A stretch of DNA of 64,000 nt from Gammaproteobacteria bacterium (lineage in GTDB: Bacteria > Pseudomonadota > Gammaproteobacteria > UBA4575), in assembly GCA_965222615.1 (NCBI GenBank), contig CBDCUI010000007.1, positions 32,001-96,000 on the forward strand, given 5' to 3'. The position numbers and the translations under genes are program-made. Position 1 is the first letter of the stretch. The number at the start of each line of letters is the position of its first letter. Shown in pieces: positions 1 through 9,758 of this stretch. The notes under the pieces were generated by a model that saw only the letters and a list, made by a program, of their open reading frames with translations, made no database searches and was not told the DNA's origin.

Positions 1-798
1 ACCAACAACCGTATCACCAGCACCGGTTACATCATAAACTTCTTTGGCTTGAGTAGAAAAATGTCTAGGTTGCTCACCTTGCAAAAAAAGTGACATACCC
101 TTTTCGCTGCGTGTAATTAGCAAGGCATCAAGATTAAGAGCTTGACACATTTTTACGGCTTGCTCCTCTAGTTCATCTTCATTATCACATTCACCCGAAA
201 CCTGTATAAATTCAGCATAATTTGGCGTGATAGCCGTTGCATTTTTATATTTTTTAAAATCATCGCCCTTGGGATCAACAATTACCATTTTGTCCTTATC
301 GCGGGCAATTTTGATTATTTTCTCAACTTGATTTACTGCGCCTTTACCATAATCAGATATAACCACCACATCGTGACTCGATATTAGCTCTTTACATAGT
401 TTTATCAACTCAGAAATATCGACCTCGAAATCACTGCTCTCATAATCGAGCCTGAGTAATTGTTGGTTTCGACTTAACACTCGCAACTTGGCAGAAGTTT
501 TACAATTTTTATTCTGGATAATATTAGATTTGATATCGGTTTTACTAAGTAAACTTATTAACTTTGTCGCATATTCATCGTTTCCAACTGCTCCAATTAA
601 TGTGGCTGATGCACCAAGAGCACAAATATTCATTGCCACATTTGCCGCACCACCCAAACGCTCTTCTCTATTTTGAATATTAACAATAGGAACAGGTGCT
701 TCAGGTGAAATACGTGCAGTGTCGCCATGCCAATATTGATCTAACATGACATCGCCAATTATTAGAACCTTAGCACTACTGAGGTTACTTAAATTCAT
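1..798 (-). CDS. hldE: D-glycero-beta-D-manno-heptose-7-phosphate kinase (HldE/RfaE kinase domain), runs off the window start
   Basis: Hand translation from ATG at 798: MNLSNLSSAKVLIIGDVMLDQYWHGDTARISPEAPVP..., with the PfkB motif DVTGAGDTVVG at the window edge. Not in the ORF track because it is truncated. Confidence 0.9.
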   Translation of the reverse strand, partial: MNLSNLSSAKVLIIGDVMLDQYWHGDTARISPEAPVPIVNIQNREERLGGAANVAMNICALGASATLIGAVGNDEYATKLISLLSKTDIKSNIIQNKNCKTSAKLRVLSRNQQLLRLDYESSDFEVDISELIKLCKELISSHDVVVISDYGKGAVNQVEKIIKIARDKDKMVIVDPKGDDFKKYKNATAITPNYAEFIQVSGECDNEDELEEQAVKMCQALNLDALLITRSEKGMSLFLQGEQPRHFSTQAKEVYDVTGAGDTVVG

Positions 799-845
799 TT
801 AACCAAAAAATTAGCAACAGCAAGAGACATGTCAAAATATAGTGT

Positions 846-1778
846 TTATGCAATCAATGTTGTGTAAGTGAGCCACTCATTATCGTAGGTGCGACGACCA
901 TAGACAGCATCAAAATACATTTCTTGAAGTTTTGTTGTAATTGGCCCAGGTGTACCTTCGCCAATCATGCGATTGTCAAGTTCACGAATAGGTGTCACTT
1001 CGGCAGCCGTTCCAGTAAAAAATGCTTCGTCTGCCGTATATACTTCATCCCGTGTAATTCTCTTTTCTATAACTTCAACATTAACTAAATTTGCAAAAGT
1101 GACCAGCGTTTTACGCGTAATACCATCTAAGGCAGAAGTAAGTTCTGGAGTATAAATTTTTCCATCTTTAACAATAAATATGTTTTCCCCACTACCTTCA
1201 GCAACAAATCCATCCACATCTAACAATAAGGCTTCATCATATCCATCATGTAAGGCCTCATGTAAGGCAAGCATGGAATTTACGTAATTACCGTTAAGTT
1301 TTGCCTTACACATTGCAACATTTACATGGTGACGCGAAAAAGAAGAGGTCTTAACCCGAATTCCTTTCTTGATATTATCTTCGCCCAAATAGGAGCCCCA
1401 TTCCCAGGCAGCCACAATACAATGCACTTTTAAATTATCCGCTCTCAATCCCATTCCTTCCGAGCCATAAAAACACATTGGTCGCATGTAACCGTAGCTC
1501 AAATTATTTTTATTAATTACATCGACTTGCGCCTGATTAATCTCTGCTGGGCTATATGGGATCGACATACCAATAATTTTTGCCGAATTAAATAATCGAT
1601 TTGTATGATCATGTAGCCGAAATATTGCAGTACCTTGATCGGTTTTATATGCGCGCACACCTTCGAATACGCCTGCACCATAATGCAAAGTATGCGTGAG
1701 CACATGGGTATTGGCTTCGCGCCAAGGCACAAATTCACCATCGTACCAAATGAAGCCATCCTTATCCGACATTGACAT
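846..1778 (-). CDS. ilvE: Branched-chain amino acid aminotransferase
   Basis: HTLHYGAGVFEGVRAY, KAKLNGNYVNS and EGSGENIF class IV PLP motifs; usual glnE-ilvE order. Confidence 0.96.
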   Translation of the reverse strand: MSMSDKDGFIWYDGEFVPWREANTHVLTHTLHYGAGVFEGVRAYKTDQGTAIFRLHDHTNRLFNSAKIIGMSIPYSPAEINQAQVDVINKNNLSYGYMRPMCFYGSEGMGLRADNLKVHCIVAAWEWGSYLGEDNIKKGIRVKTSSFSRHHVNVAMCKAKLNGNYVNSMLALHEALHDGYDEALLLDVDGFVAEGSGENIFIVKDGKIYTPELTSALDGITRKTLVTFANLVNVEVIEKRITRDEVYTADEAFFTGTAAEVTPIRELDNRMIGEGTPGPITTKLQEMYFDAVYGRRTYDNEWLTYTTLIA

Positions 1779-1838
1779 CTTTATTAATCTCCATTTAGTT
1801 GCAATTCAAAGTGCATGTAGACATATATAAGCAACAAC

Positions 1839-4715
1839 TCAGTGTAACAGACTTGTCCAATAATTTTGTACGGCCAGGCGTTCATTTGCAAATACACTCA
1901 TTTCTACTGTCTCTGTATGCATTTGTAAACTCATTTGATGTAAGTGCTTGCGATATTGGAGATAAATTTTCTTAAGCTCTTCAGCCGTTTTCGCCTCGAT
2001 GAGCTTGACCTGGCTACAAGCATCTAAAATTCTAACATTGTCGGTGTACGTACAAATTTCATTATATTTATTAGCGTAACTTAATACGTAAAATTGTACG
2101 ATAAATTCAATATCTACAATTCCACCTTTATCTTTTTTAATATCGAACTTGGTTTTGTCTTTACTGCCATGCTCTAACGATATTTTTTCACGCATTTCCA
2201 CAATGGAATCTCGCACTTTACTTATCTCCCTTGATTGACAAAGCACATTCTGACGAATACGTCCAAATTCATTCAAAAGCTTTGGGCTATTGGTGACAGG
2301 TCGTGCACGTATTAATGCTTGATGCTCCCATAACCAGGCATCGTTTTTTAAATATTTCTCGTAGGAACCAACGGCACTGACAATAGGACCAGATTCGCCA
2401 TAGGGGCGAAGCCTGACATCCACATCAAATACTTTCCCAGTAGAAGTAACCGTAGATAAAATATGTATTGTGCGTTGCACTAATCGCGTAAAAAATATTT
2501 CATTGCTTAATTTTTTTTCGCCATTTGTCTCACAGCTGCTACCCACACTATCATGTAAAAATACTAGATCTAAATCGGAGCCATAGCCCAACTCCAACCC
2601 ACCCAACTTTCCATATTCGATTATCAGTATTTCGGGCTTAAAAATTTCTCCATCTTTTTCACAAGCTGGTTCTCCATGCTTATCAACCAAATCTTGATAA
2701 GCTTGTTTAACTGCACTTTCTATGCATACCTCAGCTAACCAAGACAAATGATCACTAACTCTCATTATTGGGAAAGCTTCAACAATATCTGCTGCCGCTA
2801 TTTGCAAAACTTGAGCATGCTTAAATTCACGTAAACTCTCCATGTATTTTTCCAAATCGTTACATGAGTTCTGAATTGCAATTTTAAGTTGCTGTCGCAT
2901 TTCTTCTAAACTTGGAGGTTCATAAGAACTTTCCATGCGCAAAAGCTCATCTAATAACAAAGGATGTGTTGCTATGTATTCTGCAATCCAAGGACTGGCT
3001 TCGATCAAATTGAATAACTTTGACAGCTTGGATTGATTCTCCGTCAATAAAGAAACATATGTGGAACGCTGTACAATTTTATTAAGAATTTTTAAAAACC
3101 GTCCTAAAACTAAAGCCGGGCTTTCTAAAACAGTTGCTTGTTGAAGCATGATCGGAATGAATTGATCAAGTCTTTGTCTTGCAACTGGAACAAGTTGTTT
3201 TACTATTCCATTTAGGGAAAATGAATGTAGCAACTGATAAATTTCCTCAAAATCACCTGTGAACTTTTTCTTTAAAATTTCCATGCTGTACTCTTGATCT
3301 TGAATCCGCTGCCACAAGTTCACAAAATCTTCACCATCTAAACTATCGTTCTCAGAATTGTCTTCTTGCAGAAGTGTTTGAAACTCTTTATTTACATTTA
3401 ACGCATGACATTGGTACTCAGCATAAAAATCATCCCATGTAGCAAACCCCATTAAGTGTGCATAGAGATTTTTTTCTTCTTCATCTTTTGGTAAGGCATG
3501 AGTTTGTTGATCTTGTCGAATTTGTAGTCCATTCTCTGCTTTTCTTAAAAATAAATATGCTTTTGTCAAAAGAGTAATAGTTTCACCTGATAATAAATTT
3601 GACTCACCTAAAACCTTGAGGGACCTTAAAGTACTTTTATTTTGCAAACGCGCATCTCTGCCCCCATAAATAAGTTGAAACATTTGTACAATAAATTCTA
3701 TTTCACGTATTCCACCAAATCCAATTTTTAAATTTTCTTCAGATAGGTTTTGGCCCGCCTTTTGATCAACAAGTACTTTCATCTCCCGCAAAGACTGTGT
3801 AGCGCCATAATCAAAGTAACGACGATAAACAAATGGGGTTACCTCTTTTAAGAATTGCTCGCCAATTTTTTTATTACCTGCGACAGAACTTGCTTTGATC
3901 CAAGCATAACGTTCCCAGTCACGCCCATGAGTTTGAAAATATTGGTCTATAGCTGACAAACTTGGCAATAAAGTGCCTGAATTACCAAACGGCCTCAGTC
4001 TAGTATCGACACGAAAAACAAATCCATCTTCAGTTTGTTCAGCGAGTACTTTTATCAACAATTGTACTAGTTTTAAATAAATACCAACTGCTTTGGTATT
4101 TTGGTCTTGTGAATAATTAGGATCATCGTGATAAGCAAATACTAAATCAACATCTGAAGAAAAATTGAGCTCACAACCACCGAGTTTACCCAATGCAAAG
4201 ACAACTACATTTTGCGGTAGTGATTGCTCAAACTCACTTAAACGTGGTTGTGACTTTAATCTTGCAAAACACCAACCCAGTGTTCGATCTATAGCGATTT
4301 CGGCAAAATTACTAAGCTCTTTTAATGTTTGCTCAACTGTTGAGTAGCCCTTTATCGCTCGCCATGCAATTCGCGCAAACTCCGCAACCCTTAGTCTTCT
4401 CAATATGCGCTGACAATCTTCAATGTTGTGTGCCTTAGCAATTTCTGCATCGATTTTCTGGCTATAGATCTCCGCTTGATAATCAACATACAGATCGTTG
4501 TTGAGTAACAGATTTTGTAACCATGTGGGTTGTGATACACACACACGTTTAACAAATGGACTGGCATACCAAATCTCGAAAATTTCGTCCCGATGTGCAA
4601 TCAAGCCTTGATCCTGGTTTAGGCAAGCAAGGATTTCCTCAAATTCTTGCCTAAATAGAGGTAGTACCTGCTCGGGTAACGCCATTTGCATAGAGTCAAA
4701 ATGCCTTAAAACCAA
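1839..4715 (-). CDS. glnE: Glutamine synthetase adenylyltransferase/adenylyl-removing enzyme
   Basis: Two nucleotidyltransferase domains (GKLGGCELNFSSDVDL and GKLGGLELGYGSDLDL), VDTRLRPFG, WEHQAL. Confidence 0.95.
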   Translation of the reverse strand: MVLRHFDSMQMALPEQVLPLFRQEFEEILACLNQDQGLIAHRDEIFEIWYASPFVKRVCVSQPTWLQNLLLNNDLYVDYQAEIYSQKIDAEIAKAHNIEDCQRILRRLRVAEFARIAWRAIKGYSTVEQTLKELSNFAEIAIDRTLGWCFARLKSQPRLSEFEQSLPQNVVVFALGKLGGCELNFSSDVDLVFAYHDDPNYSQDQNTKAVGIYLKLVQLLIKVLAEQTEDGFVFRVDTRLRPFGNSGTLLPSLSAIDQYFQTHGRDWERYAWIKASSVAGNKKIGEQFLKEVTPFVYRRYFDYGATQSLREMKVLVDQKAGQNLSEENLKIGFGGIREIEFIVQMFQLIYGGRDARLQNKSTLRSLKVLGESNLLSGETITLLTKAYLFLRKAENGLQIRQDQQTHALPKDEEEKNLYAHLMGFATWDDFYAEYQCHALNVNKEFQTLLQEDNSENDSLDGEDFVNLWQRIQDQEYSMEILKKKFTGDFEEIYQLLHSFSLNGIVKQLVPVARQRLDQFIPIMLQQATVLESPALVLGRFLKILNKIVQRSTYVSLLTENQSKLSKLFNLIEASPWIAEYIATHPLLLDELLRMESSYEPPSLEEMRQQLKIAIQNSCNDLEKYMESLREFKHAQVLQIAAADIVEAFPIMRVSDHLSWLAEVCIESAVKQAYQDLVDKHGEPACEKDGEIFKPEILIIEYGKLGGLELGYGSDLDLVFLHDSVGSSCETNGEKKLSNEIFFTRLVQRTIHILSTVTSTGKVFDVDVRLRPYGESGPIVSAVGSYEKYLKNDAWLWEHQALIRARPVTNSPKLLNEFGRIRQNVLCQSREISKVRDSIVEMREKISLEHGSKDKTKFDIKKDKGGIVDIEFIVQFYVLSYANKYNEICTYTDNVRILDACSQVKLIEAKTAEELKKIYLQYRKHLHQMSLQMHTETVEMSVFANERLAVQNYWTSLLH

Positions 4716-4768
4716 TTAGTTAATTCACCGATATTGTAACTGACCTAGGTCAACAAGATGCTATAAAT

Positions 4769-4787
4769 GCTAATGAGAATTGCTATC
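4769..4787 (+). promoter_or_regulatory. Fur box upstream of the iron ABC transporter
   Basis: GCTAATGAGAATTGCTATC matches GATAATGATAATCATTATC at 14/19 positions, ~50 bp upstream of the fbpA-like gene. Confidence 0.75.
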
Positions 4788-4838
4788 ATTTATATTATAA
4801 TCTAGCTTTATGATCTTTTAAGTCTGGAGGATAGACGT

Positions 4839-5867
4839 GTGAAACTTTACCCTAGTATTCCGTTACGCTGTGCATACATGGCCTTTTTATACTTGATATG
4901 TGCCATCGTCAGTGCCGCAGAAGTCAACGTCTACTCTGCTAGAAAAGAAGACTTAATAAAACCATTGTTGACGCAGTTTGAAACCAGCACAGGTATCAAA
5001 GTAAACCTAATTACTGGTAAAGCCGACGCCCTACTGCAACGCATTATCAGCGAAGGTAAAAATAGCCCTGCTGATATTTTAATCACTACGGATGCTGGCC
5101 GCTTGTATCGTGCCCAACAAGCAAATGTATTACAAGCCATTCAATCCGAAATTCTTGAAACTACAATTCCTAAACAATATCGTGAACCACAAGGCTATTG
5201 GTTTGGGTTGTCGCTCAGAGCACGCCCCATTGTGTATGCTATAGATCGAATTAAACCAGAGCAACTCTCAACCTATGAAGCACTCACCGATTCACAATGG
5301 AAAAATAAAATTTGTATTCGTTCCTCAGACAATATCTATAACCAATCTCTAGTTGCCTCATTACTTGCGCATCATGGCGAGGAAAAAGCTCTTAATTGGG
5401 CAACAACGTTCGTAACTAATTTTGCACGTCCTCCTCAAGGTGGAGACCGTGATCAAATTAAGGCCGTTGCGGCCGGTCAATGTGATATCGCAATTGTAAA
5501 CAATTACTATCTAGGAAAAATGCTCACATCAAGCGATGCGTCAGAACATGAAGCTGCTAAACAAGTAAAGCTCTTTTGGCCAAATCAAGATGATCGAGGA
5601 ACACATGTAAATATTAGCGGTGGTGCTGTTACAACTGCGGCAAAAAATAAAGATTCGGCAATTAAATTATTAGAATTTTTAGCCAGCGATTCTGCACAAC
5701 AGTGGTATGCAGATACTAATCTTGAATATCCAATTAAGCCTGGGATTCAACCCAGTGAAATTTTAAAATCATGGGGAGAATTTAAGGCCGATACCCTAAG
5801 CTTACATCGCTTAGGTGAACTCAATGCTGAAGCTGTGATGATAATGGATCATGCGGCATGGAAATGA
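4839..5867 (+). CDS. fbpA: Fe(3+) ABC transporter periplasmic binding protein (FutA/FbpA)
   Basis: Signal peptide, EVNVYSARKEDL, SPADILITTDAGRL, NNYYLG tyrosine ligands, RGTHVNISG. Confidence 0.9.
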   Translation: MKLYPSIPLRCAYMAFLYLICAIVSAAEVNVYSARKEDLIKPLLTQFETSTGIKVNLITGKADALLQRIISEGKNSPADILITTDAGRLYRAQQANVLQAIQSEILETTIPKQYREPQGYWFGLSLRARPIVYAIDRIKPEQLSTYEALTDSQWKNKICIRSSDNIYNQSLVASLLAHHGEEKALNWATTFVTNFARPPQGGDRDQIKAVAAGQCDIAIVNNYYLGKMLTSSDASEHEAAKQVKLFWPNQDDRGTHVNISGGAVTTAAKNKDSAIKLLEFLASDSAQQWYADTNLEYPIKPGIQPSEILKSWGEFKADTLSLHRLGELNAEAVMIMDHAAWK

Positions 5868-5885
5868 TATTGAGAACTGATAAAG

Positions 5886-7577
5886 ATGAGCAGCAAAAGC
5901 GCCACGCTTATTGAGTCGCCTAATAAATATTTTATTTGGTTACAAAAAACAGATACTGGTTGGCTAGTATGTACATTACTGCTAGCCCTTTTACTCAGTA
6001 TCCCCGTTATTTCAGTATTGTCTTCCATGTTGCTGCCGACTAGCGAGGTTTGGCAACATTTAAAATCAACGGTACTTTCAAATTATATTTTTAATTCACT
6101 ACTGTTAGTAGTTGGGGTAAGTATTGGTACACTGGTAATAGGAGTATCCACTGCATGGCTATGCAGTGTATTCGAGTTTACTGGACGTAAAATTTTAAGC
6201 TGGGCACTTTTGCTTCCATTAGCATTCCCACCTTACATCATTGCCTATACTTATACCGGCATGCTTGATTTTAGCGGACCGCTACAAACCTATCTTAGAA
6301 ATACATTTGCCTGGCAATATGGAGATTATTGGTTCCCCCAGGTACGTTCCTTAAGTGGCGCTATATTGATGTTATCTTTAGTGCTGTATCCCTATGTTTA
6401 CTTGCTGACACGTAACGCTTTTTCCGAACAATCTGCAAGTTTTCGCGAAGCTAGCCATTCACTTGGCGTAAGCCTAGGAAAAACTTTTTTATCCATTGCA
6501 ATTCCGTTGGCGCGCCCCACTATTGTTGCAGGACTAACACTTGTAACGATGGAAACCCTTGCGGACTACGGAACCGTACAATATTTTGGCATTCCTACAT
6601 TCACTACCGGTATATTTCGAACTTGGTTTGGGCTTGGCGATCGAATTGCAGCAACACAATTAGCTAGTATTTTATTATTATGCGTATTTGCAGTCATTCT
6701 GATTGAGCGTTATTCGCGTAAATCGGCCAAATACCAACATCTAAATCATTCAAATAAAACTTGGAGATATCCTTTATCTGGCACGAAATCATTGCTCGCT
6801 TTAGTATTTTGTAGCGCTCCAATCATATTTGGATTTATCATCCCTGCAATTCAGTTAAGTGTGTGGAGTATTCAAACAGCGCCAAATATCATTGATAGCT
6901 CTTTCTTCACACTAATTTTTAACACTATTCTATTGGCGATAATCGTTGCATTGATTGTAATTATGGCCGCTGCTTTTCTCGCATATGGGAAACGCGTAAG
7001 CACTCATTATTTAATACCTTATACTGTAAACATCAGCGCCATGGGTTATGCAGTACCTGGAATTATTATTGCAGTTGGCGTGTTACTACCCTTTGCTTGG
7101 TTAGATAATACAATCGATGCCTGGTTGCAAAATAATTTTGGGATTTCTAGTGGTTTACTTTTTACCGGAACATTAGCCGCATTAGTCTTTGCTCATGTAG
7201 TGCGTTTTTTGGCCATTGGACTTAACTCAGTAGAAGCTAGCCTGACTAAAATTCACCGCAACATTGATGATGCGGCCCAATTACTAGGCCAAGGGACGTT
7301 TGACCGATTTAGAAACATCCATTTGCCGCTAATTTATACTGGCATACTCACCGCTGGACTATTTGTTTTTGTTGAAGTGATAAAAGAATTACCTGCCACA
7401 CTTGTATTACGACCTTTTAATTTTAATACCCTCGCTGTGCGTACTTATGAACTCGCCTCTGATGAACGTTTAGCAGATTCTGCCTGTAGTGCGCTGTTTA
7501 TCGTAGCAGTAGGTATTCTTCCAATACTGATTTTAAATCGCTCTATCAGTAATCGTGGAGATCGATATGGCACTTAG
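5886..7577 (+). CDS. fbpB: Fe(3+) ABC transporter permease
   Basis: Duplicated permease with EAA-like loops (EASHSLG, DAAQLLG), VIKELPATLVLRPFNFNTLA. Confidence 0.9.
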   Translation: MSSKSATLIESPNKYFIWLQKTDTGWLVCTLLLALLLSIPVISVLSSMLLPTSEVWQHLKSTVLSNYIFNSLLLVVGVSIGTLVIGVSTAWLCSVFEFTGRKILSWALLLPLAFPPYIIAYTYTGMLDFSGPLQTYLRNTFAWQYGDYWFPQVRSLSGAILMLSLVLYPYVYLLTRNAFSEQSASFREASHSLGVSLGKTFLSIAIPLARPTIVAGLTLVTMETLADYGTVQYFGIPTFTTGIFRTWFGLGDRIAATQLASILLLCVFAVILIERYSRKSAKYQHLNHSNKTWRYPLSGTKSLLALVFCSAPIIFGFIIPAIQLSVWSIQTAPNIIDSSFFTLIFNTILLAIIVALIVIMAAAFLAYGKRVSTHYLIPYTVNISAMGYAVPGIIIAVGVLLPFAWLDNTIDAWLQNNFGISSGLLFTGTLAALVFAHVVRFLAIGLNSVEASLTKIHRNIDDAAQLLGQGTFDRFRNIHLPLIYTGILTAGLFVFVEVIKELPATLVLRPFNFNTLAVRTYELASDERLADSACSALFIVAVGILPILILNRSISNRGDRYGT

Positions 7578-8616
7578 GTTGGATGTGAGAAATGTAAGTG
7601 TGGCGCTACAAAACAAAGAAATTGTAAAAAACGTCTCCTTGCAGTTAGAACCTGGTCAAATTACCTCAATTTTAGGCCCTAGCGGGTGCGGCAAAACCAC
7701 CCTATTACGTGCTCTAGCTGGCTTTCAGTCAATATCTAATGGCGAAATCTTTGTACATGAAAAATTATTAAATAACAGCACATATAAACTAGTACCAGAA
7801 AAACGCAATATAGGAATGATGTTTCAAGACCTTGCGCTGTTTCCTCACTTAACTGTAGAACAAAATATTCGTTTTGGTCTTAAGTCTTTAACCAAGCAAG
7901 AACAAATTGCAAGAATTCAACACGTTATTGAACTCACAGATCTAAACAAACAAGAACATAAATACCCACATCAACTATCAGGCGGCCAACAACAACGTGT
8001 GGCTTTAGCACGTGCATTAGCTCCCAAACCTGAAATTCTGCTGCTTGATGAACCATTTTCTAGCTTAGACCCTGATTTGCGTGAACAGGTCGCTACCGAA
8101 GTACGCAAAATTCTTAAACATGAAAATGTCACTGCAATACTGGTTACACACGACCAACATGAGGCCTTTGCTTTGGCAGATGATATTGGAGTCATGGTAG
8201 ATGGGAAAATCGCGCAATGGGATAGTGCTTACAATATTTACCATAAACCAAAAACGAGATTCGTTGCAGATTTCGTTGGACTCGGGACGATGATACCTGC
8301 CAAAGTTATCGATGCATCAACTGTAGAAACCGAATTTGGTCAAGTGAATGGAGTCATAAATTCAGATTTTAAGACTGGGGAAGAAGTGGATTTATTAGTA
8401 CGACCCGATGATATTCCACATGATGACAGTAGCCCCATTACCGCATTGGTGGAAGAGAAGCGTTTTCGAGGAGCTGAGTTTCTCTATAAGTTGCGCTTGC
8501 GAAGTGGCAACTTTGTACAGTGTTATGCACCGAGCCACCATAACCACCAGTTAGGGGAACCGATTGGCATAAAGCTCGATTTAGAGCATTTGGTCATATT
8601 TCCCAAAAACAGATAG
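7567..8616 (+). CDS. fbpC: Fe(3+) ABC transporter ATP-binding protein
   Basis: Walker A GPSGCGKTT, LSGGQQQRVALAR, LLLDEPF. ATG at 7567 preferred over GTG at 7555. Confidence 0.9.
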   Translation: MALRLDVRNVSVALQNKEIVKNVSLQLEPGQITSILGPSGCGKTTLLRALAGFQSISNGEIFVHEKLLNNSTYKLVPEKRNIGMMFQDLALFPHLTVEQNIRFGLKSLTKQEQIARIQHVIELTDLNKQEHKYPHQLSGGQQQRVALARALAPKPEILLLDEPFSSLDPDLREQVATEVRKILKHENVTAILVTHDQHEAFALADDIGVMVDGKIAQWDSAYNIYHKPKTRFVADFVGLGTMIPAKVIDASTVETEFGQVNGVINSDFKTGEEVDLLVRPDDIPHDDSSPITALVEEKRFRGAEFLYKLRLRSGNFVQCYAPSHHNHQLGEPIGIKLDLEHLVIFPKNR

Positions 8617-8820
8617 ATATCAAAGATTAAATTTAGACCACTTGGCCAATTCCCTAAAAGCCAATCGAAAAAGCTGAATTGAGAAACAGAAAATAGCTTA
8701 ATTCGGGATAAGATCGTGGGGTATACCCAAAATCCCGCTACAGGGCTGCATAGCATGAGCTCAAAGCGAGAATCCAAAATTAGACTTGACCTTCATGACA
8801 TAAACCCCAACAATATTAAG

Positions 8821-8942
8821 GTAGGATATCGACAATCTTTGGTGATTCCAGGGATTGTGGTGATACATGGATGCATCACCCACACATATGAGTAAGTTCA
8901 TATGTGTAGTGAGAAAAAAGAAAATTCAATTTTCTTTTTTTT
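8821..8942 (+). ncRNA. Candidate structured sRNA or 5' leader: four back-to-back hairpins, one with a CsrA/RsmA-type GGA loop
   Basis: Stems at 8832-8858, 8859-8880 (loop ACATGGATG), 8882-8907 and 8914-8940, followed by T's; sigma70-like TTGACC(8786)-N17-AACAAT(8809) just upstream. Confidence 0.4.
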
Positions 8943-9001
8943 GTCTTTGAAAAAGTCAGGACGGCTTTTTTCAGGGTATTTCTAAACTAGAGGAGCCAAG
9001 C

Positions 9002-9373
9002 ATGAGAATTAGTAAAGCCTTAGTCTATGTATTAATGCTGTCTTTTACATTTATGCAAACCGCACCCGCCATTGCGGGGATCGTAGGCACAGACAGATTT
9101 TTATCCGAACAATCCATTCAACAAGATCGTGAAAATCTTCGTTCTTTGATGACACGGGATGAAGTGCGTTCACTATTACAACAAAACGGTCTTACTGTTG
9201 AACAAGCGCAGCAACGTGTTGATTCGTTAACCGATTCAGAAGTGCGACAACTGGCTCAGAAATTTGAAGAACTACCTGCAGCTGGCGATGCGGCAGTGGT
9301 TATTTTAGTTATTGCTTTAGTCGTAATAATTCTAGAGCTGGCAGGAATCACAGATATCTTTACTGGTATTTAA
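9002..9373 (+). CDS. PA2779-family secreted/membrane protein (copy 1)
   Basis: Signal peptide, AGIVGT, RVDSLTDSEVRQLA...PAAG, hydrophobic C-terminus ending GITDIF; AGGAG RBS. Confidence 0.8.
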   Translation: MRISKALVYVLMLSFTFMQTAPAIAGIVGTDRFLSEQSIQQDRENLRSLMTRDEVRSLLQQNGLTVEQAQQRVDSLTDSEVRQLAQKFEELPAAGDAAVVILVIALVVIILELAGITDIFTGI

Positions 9374-9374
9374 A

Positions 9375-9758
9375 GTGTCTTGTAAATTAATGCTGGGAAA
9401 ACATTTATTACTGTGTTTACTATCGGTTTCGCTTGCCTTTTTACAGATATCCCCTGCTTACGCGGGCATTGTCGGCACTGAAAAATCATTTGCCGAATAT
9501 TCAGCGCAACATGATCGTCAAGTTTTACGCGACCTTATGGCACGCGATGAGGCACGTGAATTACTAGCCACTAATGGCTTAACTGTCGAACAAGCTCAAC
9601 AAAGAGTAAATGCATTAACGGACAGTGAAGCACGTCAACTTGCAGAAAAATTCGATGAACAGCCAGCTGGTGGAATTTTGGTAGCCTTGCTGATTATTTT
9701 CCTCGTATTTATAATTCTAGAAATGGCAGGAGTAACCGACGTATTTACTGGAATTTGA
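9375..9758 (+). CDS. PA2779-family secreted/membrane protein (copy 2, tandem paralog)
   Basis: Same architecture: AGIVGT, RVNALTDSEARQLA...PAGG, GVTDVFTGI. Start may be the ATG at 9390. Confidence 0.8.
   Translation: MSCKLMLGKHLLLCLLSVSLAFLQISPAYAGIVGTEKSFAEYSAQHDRQVLRDLMARDEARELLATNGLTVEQAQQRVNALTDSEARQLAEKFDEQPAGGILVALLIIFLVFIILEMAGVTDVFTGI

Noticed and set aside
8523-8777. 84-aa minus-strand ORF after fbpC
   Set aside because: Overlaps the fbpC 3' end, no family features; probably spurious
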